Assembly (NCBI RefSeq): GCF_006345805.1
Contig: NC_043014.1
Coordinates: forward strand, 23,622,001-23,686,000
Length of the DNA: 64,000 bases
Reading direction: 5' to 3'
Source: Octopus sinensis
Taxonomy: Eukaryota
Shown: piece by piece, positions 51,158-64,000 of the stretch
How positions within the stretch are numbered: the first letter of the stretch is position 1
Layout: each line of letters opens with the position of its first letter
The notes under the pieces: generated by a model
The model's input: the letters and a program-made list of their open reading frames with translations, nothing else
Database searches by the model: none
What the model was told of the DNA's origin: nothing
Made by a program: the position numbers and the translations under genes

Positions 51158-51249
51158 CATATATATACATATATATATATATATACATATATATACATAT
51201 ATACATATTTATATATACTGTACATACATATATATACATATACATATAC

Positions 51250-51281
<32 letters not shown>

Positions 51282-51415
51282 ATATATACATATACATATG
51301 CATATATATATATATACATATATATATGCATATGTATATGTATATATACATATGCATATGTATATATACATATGCATATATATACATATGCATATGCATA
51401 TGTACATATATACAC

Positions 51416-51448
<33 letters not shown>

Positions 51449-51471
51449 CATATATATATATACATACATAT
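50456..51471. repeat. (TA)n/(TATAC)n microsatellite
   Basis: Direct reading. Confidence 0.95.
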
Positions 51472-53038
51472 CCTAGTCGCCACTCTGTTTACTATTTTCA
51501 GCCTCGCCTCGTTTTTGCATATTCTGTATAATTCACTAGTTATCGTTATAGATATTTAAGATATATCTCCCTTATAGAAATTGGCTGCCGATTCTTCGCG
51601 GGGTTTTTCTCTTCCCCTCTTTTTACATTGCCGTCTGTCTGGACTCCTCTCTTCCTACCACCCGCCATGGCTATGCATACTTAAGCTAGTAAACTGCCTC
51701 ATTCTTGATTCCGAATTCCTTTGCCAAGTCTGTCCGTAAACGAAGTGATCTCAAGATAAGAAATCTTTGAACTTAATTCATCCGTATCTCTATTTATTAT
51801 TATATTATTAATTATTATTATTCTGATCCCCCTAGTCGCCACTCTGTTTACTATTTTCAGCCTCGCTCGTTTTTGCATATTCTGTATAATTCACTAGTTA
51901 TCGTTATAGATATTTAAGATATATCTCCCTTATAGAAATTGGCTGCCGATTCTTCGCGGGTTTTTCTCTTCCCCTCTTTTACATTGCCGTCTGTCTGGAC
52001 TCCTCTCTTCCTACCACCCGCCATGGCTATGCATACTAAGCTAGTAAACTGCCTCATTCTGATTCCGAATTCCTTTGCCAAGTCTGTCCGTAAACGAAGT
52101 GATCTCAAGATAAGAATCTTTGAACTTTAATTCATCCGTATCTCTATTATTATTATTATTTATTAATTATTATTATTCTGATCCCCCTAGTCGCCACTCT
52201 GTTTACTATTTTCAGCCTCGCCTCGTTTTTGCATATTCTGTATAATTCACTAGTTATCGTTATAGATATTTAAGATATATCTCCCTTATAGAAATTGGCT
52301 GCCGATTCTTCGCGGGGTTTTTTCTCTTCCCCTCTTTTTACATTGCCGTCTGTCTGGACCCTCTCTTCCTACCACCCGCCATGGCTATGCATACTTAAGC
52401 TAGTAAAATGCCTCATTCTTGATTCCGAATTCCTTTGCCAAGTCTGTCCGTAAACGAAGTGATCTCAAGATAAGAAATCATCTTTGAACTTTAATCATCC
52501 GTATCTCTATATTATTATTATTTATTAATTATTATTATTCTGATCCCCCTAGTCGCCACTCTGTTTACTATTTTCAGCCTCGCCTCGTTTTTGCATATTC
52601 TGTATAATTCACTAGTTATCGTTATAGATATTTAAGATATATCTCCTTATAGAAATTGGCTGCCGATTCTTCGCGGGGGTTTTTCTCTTCCCCTCTTTTT
52701 ACATTGCCGTCTGTCTGGACTCCTCTCTTCCTACCACCCGCCATGGCTATGCATACTTAAGCTAGCAAAACTGCCTCATTCTTGATTCCGAATTCCTTTG
52801 CCAAGTCTGTCCGTAAACGAAGTGATCTCAAGATAAGAAATCTTTGAACTTTAATTCATCCGTATCTCTATTTATTATTATTATTTATTAATTATTATTA
52901 TTCTGATCCCCCTAGTCGCCACTCTGTTTACTATTTCAGCCTCGCCTCGTTTTTGCATATTCTGTATAATTCACTAGTTATCGTTATAGATATTTAAGAT
53001 ATATCTCCCTTATAGAAATTGGCTGCCGATTCTTCGCG
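51472..53038. repeat. Tandem array of approx 360-bp units (4 full + 1 partial)
   Basis: cctagtcgccactctg recurs at 51472, 51831, 52186, 52548 and 52911. Confidence 0.95.
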
Positions 53039-53118
53039 GCGCGCCCGCCCTACCCACCCCCCACCACCAATACCGGATATCTCTATTTTGCTCCAACTAT
53101 ACCGGATGTCGTTTTCTC

Positions 53119-53940
53119 CCACCACCATTATAGGTGTCTACTCTTTGAACCCCCTCTTCAATACGCTATTTCACCATGCATTACCCCTCTCTCGATATCC
53201 TACGTTTTTCTGCCTAGAACCTGTCCTCGGACCACCCCTCCCATGGTGCTCACCCCTCCCACTGGTACTCCCTATATTTCTGCATCCCCCCCACCACCAT
53301 TATAGGTGTCTACTCTTTGAACCCCCCTCTTCAATACGCTATTTCACCATGCATACCCCCTCTCTCGATATCCTTACGTTCTACTTGCCTAGAACCTGTC
53401 CTCTGAACCACCCCTCCCACTGGTACTCCCCCTATATTTCTGCACCCCCCCCACCACCATTATAGGTGTCTACTCTTTGAACCCCCTCTTCAATACGCTA
53501 TTCACCATGCATTACCCCTCTCTCGATATCCTACGTTCTACTTGCCTAGAACCTGTCCTCTGAACCACCCCTCCCACTGGTGCCCACCCCTCCCACTGGT
53601 GCTCCTCTATATTTCTGCACCCCCCCACCACCATTATAGGTGTCTACTCTTTGAACCCCCTCTTCAATACGCTATTTCACCATGCATTACCCCTCTCTCG
53701 ATATCCTACGTTCTACTTGCCTAGAACCTGTCCCCTGAACCACCCCTCCACTGGTGCTCCCCTATATTTCTGCACCCCCCACCACCATTATAGGTGTCTA
53801 CTCTTTGAACCCCCCTCTTCAATACGCTATTTCACCATGCATTACCCCTCTCTCGATATCCTACGTTCTACTTGACTAGCACCTGTCCTCTGAACCACCC
53901 CTCCCACTGGTGCTCCCCTATATTTCTGCACCCCCCCCCA
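53119..53940. repeat. Tandem array of approx 154-174-bp C-rich units (5 copies)
   Basis: ccaccaccattataggtgtctactctttgaacc recurs at 53119, 53291, 53451, 53625 and 53779. Confidence 0.95.
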
Positions 53941-54172
53941 TAAAAAGCACCATCCGAACGTGGCCGATGCCAGACCCCTCTGGCACCTGTGCAGGTGGCA
54001 CGTAAAAAACACCCACTACACTCGCGGAGTGGTTGGCGTTAGGAAGGGCATCCAGCTGTAGAAACACTGCCAGACTAGACTGGAGCCTGGGGCAGTCCCG
54101 AGCTCCCCAGACCCCGGTCGAAACCGTCCAACCCGTGCTAGCGCGGAAAACGGACGTTAAACGATGATGATG
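53941..54172 (+). mobile_element. RTE 3' UTR fragment
   Basis: taaaaagcaccatccg...ggcgttaggaagggcatccagctg...ggacgttaaacgatgatgatg, then (TA)n. Confidence 0.88.
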
Positions 54173-54248
54173 ATATATATACATATATATATACATATAT
54201 ATATATACATACATATATATACATATATATATATACATATACATATAC

Positions 54249-54299
<51 letters not shown>

Positions 54300-54328
54300 C
54301 ATATACATATATATATATATACATATAC

Positions 54329-54360
<32 letters not shown>

Positions 54361-54418
54361 ACATATACATATATATACATATACATATATATATATACAT
54401 ATACATACATATATATAC

Positions 54419-54451
<33 letters not shown>

Positions 54452-54472
54452 CATATACACATATATATATAC

Positions 54473-54509
<37 letters not shown>

Positions 54510-54576
54510 CATATATTATATATACATATATATATATACATATATATACATACATATATACATACATATATATATA

Positions 54577-54952
54577 TACTAGCAGTATCGCCCGGCGTTG
54601 CTCAGGTTTGTAAGGGAAATAACTATAAAGCATTTTTAGAGATTTATAGCCAAAAAATAGTAAAAATGATGGTAAATTTTTTTTTGATAGTTAAAAAAGG
54701 TGGAGTTGCGTCCCCTAAACAGTTTGTGGTTTGTGTTCCTGATTCTCGACCCCATGTCGAATTTATCGATGCTTTTCAGAACTGGGGGAACGTTTCAAAA
54801 TTCTTGCTGCGTTAGTTTTGAATTATGACATTGGGCTATGTGTGTGTCAAGTTTCATCAGTATCGGTTGAAAGCCGTGGTCAGGGTGAGGGTACAAGCAA
54901 ACAGACACACAGAAACACGCACAGACAAACTGCCATTTATATATAAGAGATA
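54577..54952 (+). mobile_element. Helitron-like non-autonomous element inserted in (TA)n
   Basis: Starts tactagcagtatcgcccggcgttgct and ends cagacaaactgccatttatatataagagat. Confidence 0.55.
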
Positions 54953-55121
54953 CATATATATATATATACATATATATACATATTTATTTATATATATACA
55001 TATATATACATATTTATTTTATATATTATACATATATATACATATTTATTTATATATATACATATATATATAATATATATATATTATATATACATATATA
55101 TATATATACATATATATATAT

Positions 55122-56962
55122 GATTGATTGATTGATTGACTGATTCTAGTTTCAGCTTATGAGCTGTGGCCATGCTGGGGCACCGCCATTTGGTGTTGCT
55201 ACTTGGTTTCACTTCACGCAAGCTTTCTAGCAACTGCCATTTGGTGCATGAGAGAGTTCGATGCAGCTGCCCTCATCTGCCCCTCCTGCCGTGAAGTTGG
55301 TTCATCTGGGACACCTGACAGGAAGAGATCCAGCTTCATTTTAAAGACATCTGCATCCACCCCATGCAGGTCTCTCAGGTTCTTCGGGAGGATATTGAAG
55401 AGCTGTGGGCCTCGGAAGCACAGGCTATCACAGAATCTTGTCCTACATCTTGATGGCAAGTTTGGAGTCCTAGCCACCATGCAGTGGCGCCCAGTTCTGG
55501 CATTTGCGTAACTCTCGATGCCAAAGTTCAGGACACGTCCCTCCAGGATCTTCCAGATGTATATTATGGCATATCTTTCCCGCCTACGCTCTAGGGAATA
55601 TAGTTTTAATCTCTTGAGTCTTTCCCAGTAGCTTACATTCTGCGTAGAGGCTATCTTCGTCGTGTAGCTACGTTGGATCGCCACGAGCTCTGTGATCAAC
55701 TTGACACTGGATGGTGACCATAACTGAGAGCAGTAGTCAAAGTGGCTTAGGACAAGTGTCCTCCAGAGGACCATCATGGTTTCTTGTTCTCTTGTTCTAA
55801 AGGTTTCTTGTTCTCTTGTTCTGAGGATCTATCCGGCCAGTCGTCTACATTTCATTGCCAATTTAGCAACATGTACACGAAAGGTCGTGTCATCACCCAT
55901 GTAAATACCTAGGTCACGCACTGATTGTGCCTCTGGGATTGCTATTCCTCCGGGTCCAATGTATTCATTGGGTATTGCATTTAGTTTTGCATGCTGATAG
56001 TATAGAGCTTGAAACTTTTCAGCATTGAACTGCATGCTATTCTTTTCGGCCCACTTGTATATTTTGTCTAGCTCACATTGCAGGTCTCTTGTGTCCTCAG
56101 GGTTCTGTATTGCCTGTGAAACTTTTGTATCATCTGCATAACTTGTGATCGTGGCTCTCTGCGTGGCTGAGGGCATGTCTGAGAGGGCCATTATGAACCG
56201 TAGTGGTCCCAGAACAGTGCCCTGCGGAACACCGCTCACTATTTGCGTGTTAATGGAAATGGCCCCATTGGCACTACCACCTGACTTCTATCTTTCAGAA
56301 AGTCATGAAGCCATTCTCCCAGTTTCCAACTATGTTGAGATCACGCAGTTTGTGATATCATTCCATGATCGACTTTATCAAAGGCCTTTGCAAAGTCGAG
56401 ATATATCACTTCCAAATTTGAGTGGTTGAGCAGCCGTTTCAGCACCCAGTCATAGTGTTGTAGGAGCTGAGTTAAACCGCTTCTCCCTGGTCGGAAACCA
56501 TGTTGGGTTTCGGGCAGCAAGTCATTCCCTTCAAGGAAGGTGATCAGCTTCCTTCTGACTATTCGTTCCATGACCTTGCTGATGTGTGAGGTCAGAGAGA
56601 TAGGTCTATAGTTCTTGGCTTCCGCTCTGCTACCTCCTTTATGAATGGGGCATATTTTACCTTCCTTCAGTTTTCTTGGAAGTTTGCCAGCTGCAAGGAA
56701 GCTCTGAAAGAGGAACTGCAGTGGTCTTGCTAGGACTCTCTTACATGCTTTTAGGAGGATTGCCGGGAATCCATCGGGGCAGTAGCTGAGTCTGTTTTCA
56801 TTTCATCTATAGCCTTGATTACATCGTCTTCCTTTATATCGATGTAATCTATCGTTGCCGCCTCCGATTTTTATATCTGCAGTGGTAAAAAAGTCAGTTG
56901 GATTGGTGATTTGGAGATGCCCAAGGGGTGGAGTGAAAACACTCTTGAATTGCTCATTCAGT
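55122..56962 (-). mobile_element. CR1/L2-type LINE, 5'-truncated copy C, (AATC)n tail
   Basis: ORFs 55214-55777, 55829-56239 and 56341-56571 are highly similar to copies A and B. Confidence 0.92.
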
Positions 56963-57074
56963 ATATACACATATATATATACATATATATAATATATACA
57001 TATATATATAATATATATACATATATACTATATATATATATATATATATATACATATATATACATATATATACA

Positions 57075-57135
<61 letters not shown>

Positions 57136-57732
57136 ACATATACACAATATACATATACATATATATAATATATATACATATACATACATAACATATATAT
57201 ACATATATATATATATTACATATACATATATATACATATATATATATACATATACATATATATACATATACATATATATACATATACATATATATACTAT
57301 ACATATATATATATATACATATATATAATATATATATATAACATATACATATATATATATATACATATATACATATATATATATACATATATATATATAC
57401 ATATACATATATATATATATACATATATATTATTATATATACAGATATATATATACATATATATATATATACTATATATATATATATAATATATATATAT
57501 ATACTATATATATATTACATATATATATATAATACATATATAATATATAACATATATATATTATATATACATATATATATATATACATATATCTATATAC
57601 ATATATATATATATAGACATATATATTAATATAATATATATAATTATATATATACATATATTTATATTAATATATACATATATATATATACATATATATA
57701 TATACATATATATATACATATATATATATATA

Positions 57733-57783
<51 letters not shown>

Positions 57784-58025
57784 CATATATATAATAATAT
57801 AATAATATATATATACATATATAATATATAATTATATACATATATATAGATATATATATATATATATATATTATGTATATATATATATAGATATATATAC
57901 ATATAATATATCTAACATATATACATATATATATATATACATATATACATATATATATATATACATATAAAATATGTATATATATATATCTATATATATA
58001 TATATTATATATATATACATAGATA

Positions 58026-58057
<32 letters not shown>

Positions 58058-58074
58058 CATATATATATATATTA

Positions 58075-58138
<64 letters not shown>

Positions 58139-58154
58139 TACATATTATATATAT

Positions 58155-58206
<52 letters not shown>

Positions 58207-59327
58207 CATATATATATATAATATAATATATAGTATATACATTATATATACATATATCTGCTATTATATATAATATATATATATATACTTATATATATAC
58301 ATAGATTATATATATATATATATAGATTATATTATATATATATATTAATATACATATATATATATATAGCTACATATATATATATATCTATACATATATA
58401 TATATATATACCTTATATATATATATTACCTATACATATATATATATATATTATATACATATATATATACATATATACATATATATATACATAATATATA
58501 TATATATATACATATAATATAATAGATCTATATACATATAGTACATTATATATATATATATATACATATATTATATATATATATACATATATATATACGT
58601 ATATATTATACATATATACCTATAATATATACATATATATAACATATATATATATATATACATATATATATAATCTATACATAGATAACCATATTATATA
58701 TAGATATATATATATATATATACATATATATATTATAAATAATACATTATCTACATATATATATATATATATTACATTATATATATACATATATATTATA
58801 ATAGATACATATATGATATATATACATATATATATATATATAGATATACAATATATATATATACATATATATATATATACATATTATATAATATATACCA
58901 TGATAAGATTATATTACATATATATATAAGATATTACATTATATATATATATATTAACATATATATATATATATATTATTATTATCAGATATATATATAC
59001 ATATATATATCTATATACATATATCTATATATAATCATACCTATATATATAATATAATATATAATAATATATATATATTACTACATATATTATATATATA
59101 TATATATATCCCTATATATATATAGATATATTATATTATATATACATATAATATATTATATATATAACAATCTAATATATATATATTATATATATATTAT
59201 ATATATATATATATATATATTATATTATATATATATTACATATATACTATATATATATCTACATATCTATATAATATAAACATATATTATCTACATATAT
59301 ATAATATATATATATTATATACATATA

Positions 59328-59359
<32 letters not shown>

Positions 59360-59460
59360 CCATATATATTATATATATATATATATATATACATAACACA
59401 AAATCCAAATTATAACATATATATACACACACACACATACAAAATCTATATATATATATA
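56963..59460. repeat. Approx 2.5-kb imperfect (TA)n microsatellite
   Basis: Direct reading. Confidence 0.95.
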
Positions 59461-61234
59461 TATAACAAAGTGAAGTTGTAAGGTACCGCACAAGTGGAAA
59501 TATATATGAAAGAAGGTTTGAAAATGCAATTTTAAAGATGTTTATTCACTTGACCGGTTTCACTTTTTCAGAAAAATATTGTCAAAAGTAAAATGTTAAG
59601 CTTTGTATAAGCTTTGTTGTGTTAAGTACTGGTGTCACAAAATATTAAAAACAGTTTACAAGGAAATATCTTAAGACAATATTAAACAAAAAGTTCAATA
59701 AACATATCCGGGGTTCATTAAAAATCATGTTTGTTTGGAAGTATCTATATACATACACAGAAATGTATTAGTACAAAAAAAGTCGTATTTGGTAGTGTAT
59801 ATATACACAAGAGATATATTTAGGAGTTTACAAAGAATTTGAGACGAAGTGACCAGTTTTAGCATTTTTTATTTTGTGTGAAGCTAAGGGTTGTTTGCTA
59901 TTTTAAGGGAAAGTGTGGGAGGTTGGTTGGGGTGGCGGGAAGGAAGAGCAATGTGGAATTGAAAGGATGTTTTTGTTTCTTGGCTTTTTTTGTTTCACAC
60001 AATACGCCCATACCCCAGTAATAAAATCACACACACACACACACTCAAAAGAAAAAACACACATACTCAAAATACAATCCCAACAACCACAACAAACACA
60101 AAATTTGCTTCACTACATACCAAAATTTAGAAATACCAGTTAAAACTAGCTATTTCTCTACCATAAGAAAATCTCCCAGACAACAATACTCAACAACCCA
60201 TGCAGGCAAAGAGAAAAAAATAACGATTCCACCCAGCTTTGATTAACTGAAGACGCGTTTCAGAGTTAGATAGATGTGAAAAATGTTAAAACCACATTTC
60301 CACTCTATCATTTTCCTCTTCAATACAGTAATTCAAGATTTTAAATTTGAGAGCACTGTAAAAATTAAACATACCTTATCTGATCAGGCGTCATCAGACA
60401 ACATACATCTAACAACCAGTACTTCCAAATTCAAACACAAGAATGAGATCTCGTATTCCCTCTCACTTACTCACGTGTGCTAATGAGTAAAAATTCTACA
60501 GAAAAAAAACTGTAGTTTACTATCACACACACACACATCCATTTTAAATATCTTCTTTCAATTACTGCTCTCTGCAAATGAAATTTCTGCTGACAGAAAT
60601 AGGGATTAATGCATAATTTCTTTCTATGTTCATAATTAAATCAATGTTTTAATGATTAGACAGAGGTCCAGTAGAATAGCTCTCAGAAACATACTACGTA
60701 CAAATACGTCAATCATCACGACACACACCTTCACTCACTCACTCTCTCTTTATCACCCTCTTTCTCACATACACACGCATAACCACGCACACACACACAC
60801 ACACATCCATTTCATATATCTTCTTTCAATTTCTGCTCTCTGCAAATGAAATTTTTACGGATAAAACTGCTTACAAAAATAGGGATTAATGTATAAATTA
60901 AATCAATGCCTTAATGAGGTCCAATAGAATAGCTCTCAGAAACAGACTACGTACAAATTCATTCTTCACAACTCCTGAAGCTGTTTTCTGGCAAGGGTGG
61001 GGGAGAATCAGGGAATTTTCATATAGCTGGAGGCTCCAATCAAAACAGGGGACCCGAAATGATAAGGTTGAGAAATGCTGTTATAGATTATGCCTAACCA
61101 AAAACGATCACAGCCACATCATCTAAACGGACCAGGTGAAACCAGGCTTAGCTGCTAGTCTCCTATATAAGGTAGTGATCATAGAGCACATAAAAATGAT
61201 AGTGTGATGTATGCAGGTTGAAGATTATTGTACA

Positions 61235-61400
61235 TACATGTGCGTGCCAAATGCAAGCTTTCTTTTCAGGTACATGATGCTGCTGTTCCCCATCCCAGGG
61301 TCTCACAGGCCCACACCTCCCACACCCTCAGGGTTGGCACACTCAATGTGGGCACACTGAAAGGTAGGTCTGGTGAGATTGTAGAGATGCTTGAAAGGAA
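61235..61400 (+). mobile_element. RTE LINE 5' ORF fragment (endonuclease start)
   Basis: SFQVHDA...HTLRVGTLNVGTLKGRSGEIVEMLER is paralogous to 30633-30875. Confidence 0.8.
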
Positions 61401-61639
61401 TCCATACTTGGTGCATGTTAGCTAGCATTCCTGGATGTATTAATAACATGCACCAAGTATGGATTCAGGACATCCAAATACTGCAAGCCAACCTTCACTG
61501 GACGATACCTAAACTTCAATTCCCACCATTCATACAGTGCAAACAGAGGGGTTGCTCAGTGCCTAAAACATCATGATACACACCACGAAGAAGTGGTGAT
61601 CGTGATACACACCACAAAGAAATGATTAAGATCAATAAC

Positions 61640-62150
61640 AAACTATTAAGCAACAACTACCCCAAAAACATACTATTCACTCCAATTATGAAGAAAAGAG
61701 GATGAAACCAATAAACTGTCCACAGTCTGTCTATGTGAAAGGCCTCTCCGAAAACATACAAAAGATATGCGGCCCATATGACATCAGGACAGTATTCAAT
61801 ACAACACTTTGCAAATATCTCCTTCGAGTAAAACCACCAATAGAAGAGAATATGACCACAGACTACATGTACTCCATCCCATGCAGCTGTGGTAGGTTAT
61901 AGAAAGGTGAAACATGCCGCCCTCTCAAAATAAGGGTAGACGAACATCGCAAAGCTGTGACACGAGGAGATATTGATAAATCGGTTATAAGCTGATCATA
62001 TATGGAAAAATGGAGACCACCTCCCCCTGTAGGATGAAGTTAAAATAATAGAGAGAGAATACCACTGGAAAATATGAAAACTAAAAGAAGCAGCATATAT
62101 GCTAGGACAACAACCTCTTAAGCAGACCAAGTGCAGATATGAATAGCATA
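61640..62150 (+). mobile_element. Penelope-like element remnant: GIY-YIG endonuclease
   Basis: YVKGLSENIQKICGPYDIRTVF...YMYSIPCSCGRLxKGETCRPLKIRVDEHRKAV...DHIW...LKEAAY, with stops and frameshifts. Confidence 0.85.
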
Positions 62151-63319
62151 TGGGAATTGGTATTAAGGAAGGATAGGAAAATATTAGATTTATAAGCCCT
62201 AAAATTCACTCCATAATTACCCATGAGCACAGGCTACTAACCCCAAGATACACACACAAACACCCATCATTTATGTATACACACACACGTATACAAATAT
62301 GCATATTCGCATACACAAGTTTAGTTATTCATCTGTATATATATATATTTATATATACACACACATATCTACTTTTTACAACTTGCATACATATACGATT
62401 CATACACACACATATACATATTCACATACACGAGTTTAGTTATTCATCTGCACATATATATTTATATATATACACACATATCTGTTTTTTACAACTTGCA
62501 TACATATACGATTCATATATACATGCATCTATTTATGTTAAAACATTATTTTATATATCAATTTAAATCTAATTATTATAAATCTGACTATTAGAATACA
62601 GGGGAGATAACTATTTTACCATTTATAGAAACAAAACAAAAAAAAACCAACTCAATACAGTCAACAAAAAAAACATTTAAATATATACATACAGCAAAAA
62701 CAAAGTAATACAAATGAAATGTCCCACATACTAACAAGCCAAAACAACAAATTAAATAAGATAACTATGCTATATCTACATATATACCCCATTATTCATT
62801 TTCTCACATACATATACTTAACGATACTTATAAACAAAATGAAAAACAAAATCAACTCTATACGGACATACAAAAATAAATTCTATACATACATCAAAAT
62901 CAAAATAATGCCAATATAAAACAATTTATTGTTTTAGTTTCCATCTACCACTCCGCTTATATATTTTAATGCGCACATATACATACCTATAAATACATCA
63001 ATGCATATGTCAAACAATATACCTATATACACATATACATACATATATACACATTTATATATTTTAAATGAGATAAAAACACTATATCTTCATATATACC
63101 ACATTATTCATTCACTCCCATATATATATATATATATATATATGCATATCGATACATATAAACAAAATGAAAAAGTAAACCATCCCTATAGAAAAATAAA
63201 GTCTATACACACTTCAAATCAAAGTAATATCAATATAAATGAAATGCCTCAAATATGAACATCGAGCCAAACTACCAATTATATATGATAAATACTCTAT
63301 ATCTACTTGTATATACACA

Positions 63320-63465
63320 TGGCCAGTGGTTCAGCAATAGAGACCAATAGAATAAGTACTAGGTTTACAAAGAATAAGTCCTGGGGTCAATTTGCTCAAC
63401 TAAAGGTGGTGCTCCAGCATGGCCACAGTCGAATGACTGAAACAGGTAAAAGAGAGTAAAAAGAG
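63320..63465 (+). mobile_element. SINE 3' half
   Basis: gagaccaatagaataagtact...ggtggtgctccagcatggccacagtcgaatgactgaaacaggtaaaagag. Confidence 0.8.
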
Positions 63466-64000
63466 TATATATACACATACATATATATATACAGCCATAT
63501 GTATAGGGACCTACATATATCGTCAATAAGTTTCTATTTACATAGTCACATCTTTAGAATGGGGAAATATTAAGTTCTATTTTAATTTCAATTATAAGGG
63601 TTGTTAATTTACAATAGTTAAAGATATCTATTATGAGGTATCAATATGACAGCCTATTAATTATAACTATAATTTAAAAAATCATATCTAGTAAATACAT
63701 ATTTGTTTTTATATATGCAAGAAATATTTTTTCACTCCTAACAAAGAAGACACTTCTTATTACTTATATTGTAACTAGGTACAGTCACCAAGATATCCCA
63801 TTCGAGATTAAAATTTATTTTTTTTATCTTTAAGTTCCCAAATGAATTAAATTCTGTTTTTTTCCTATTCTGAAATGTATATAAATGTGTTGAAAGATGC
63901 TTCTTCATTTCATCCAATATAAATATATTTATTATTTTTTTCTGTGGTAACTTTACATTGATATACTACATTTTTCAATTTACATAAATTTTTAACAACA

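Noticed and set aside
51472-53038. Possible HDV-like ribozyme in the 360-bp unit (cagcctcgcctcg resembles HDV L3)
   Set aside because: I could not build P1, P1.1, P2 and P3 consistently by eye.
51914-53875. Short ORFs (MAADSSRV..., Pro/His-rich peptides) in the tandem arrays
   Set aside because: They are by-products of repeat composition and are not preserved across copies.
45537-59468. Many long Y/I/M/C-rich ORFs (also at 1420-1799, 5053-6406, 16851-17458)
   Set aside because: They are translations of (TA)n/(CA)n microsatellites, which lack stop codons, not genes.

Overview
Eukaryotic, extremely repeat-rich genomic DNA with long (TA)n/(CA)n microsatellites. The repeat content suggests a coleoid cephalopod, probably Octopus (inference). 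One host gene is recognisable: the last coding exons of a RalBP1/RLIP76 orthologue on the + strand (3062-3322 probable, 21671-21760, 25582-25784, 35841-36065). Most of the rest is decayed transposons: RTE LINEs, CR1/L2-type LINEs, Tx1/L1, R4/Dong, Gypsy, mariner, Tigger/pogo, Helitron-like elements, tRNA-derived SINEs and a Penelope GIY-YIG fragment. The most striking signal, absent from the ORF track, is a cluster of type I hammerhead ribozyme (HHR) motifs found by reading the sequence. Four single-copy HHRs have intact cores: 47-142 (-), 16043-16140 (+), 16653-16734 (+) and 31503-31594 (-). The two + copies lie 0.6 kb apart on the sense strand of a RalBP1 intron. A retrozyme-like tandem array of about 540-bp units (42265-45566) carries one HHR per unit and begins with an inverted, fold-back copy. 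Several decayed HHR relics are also present. All folding was done by eye and no database search was run. The segment 39021-59460 follows an N gap and looks like noisy long-read sequence, so copy numbers and indels there need validation.
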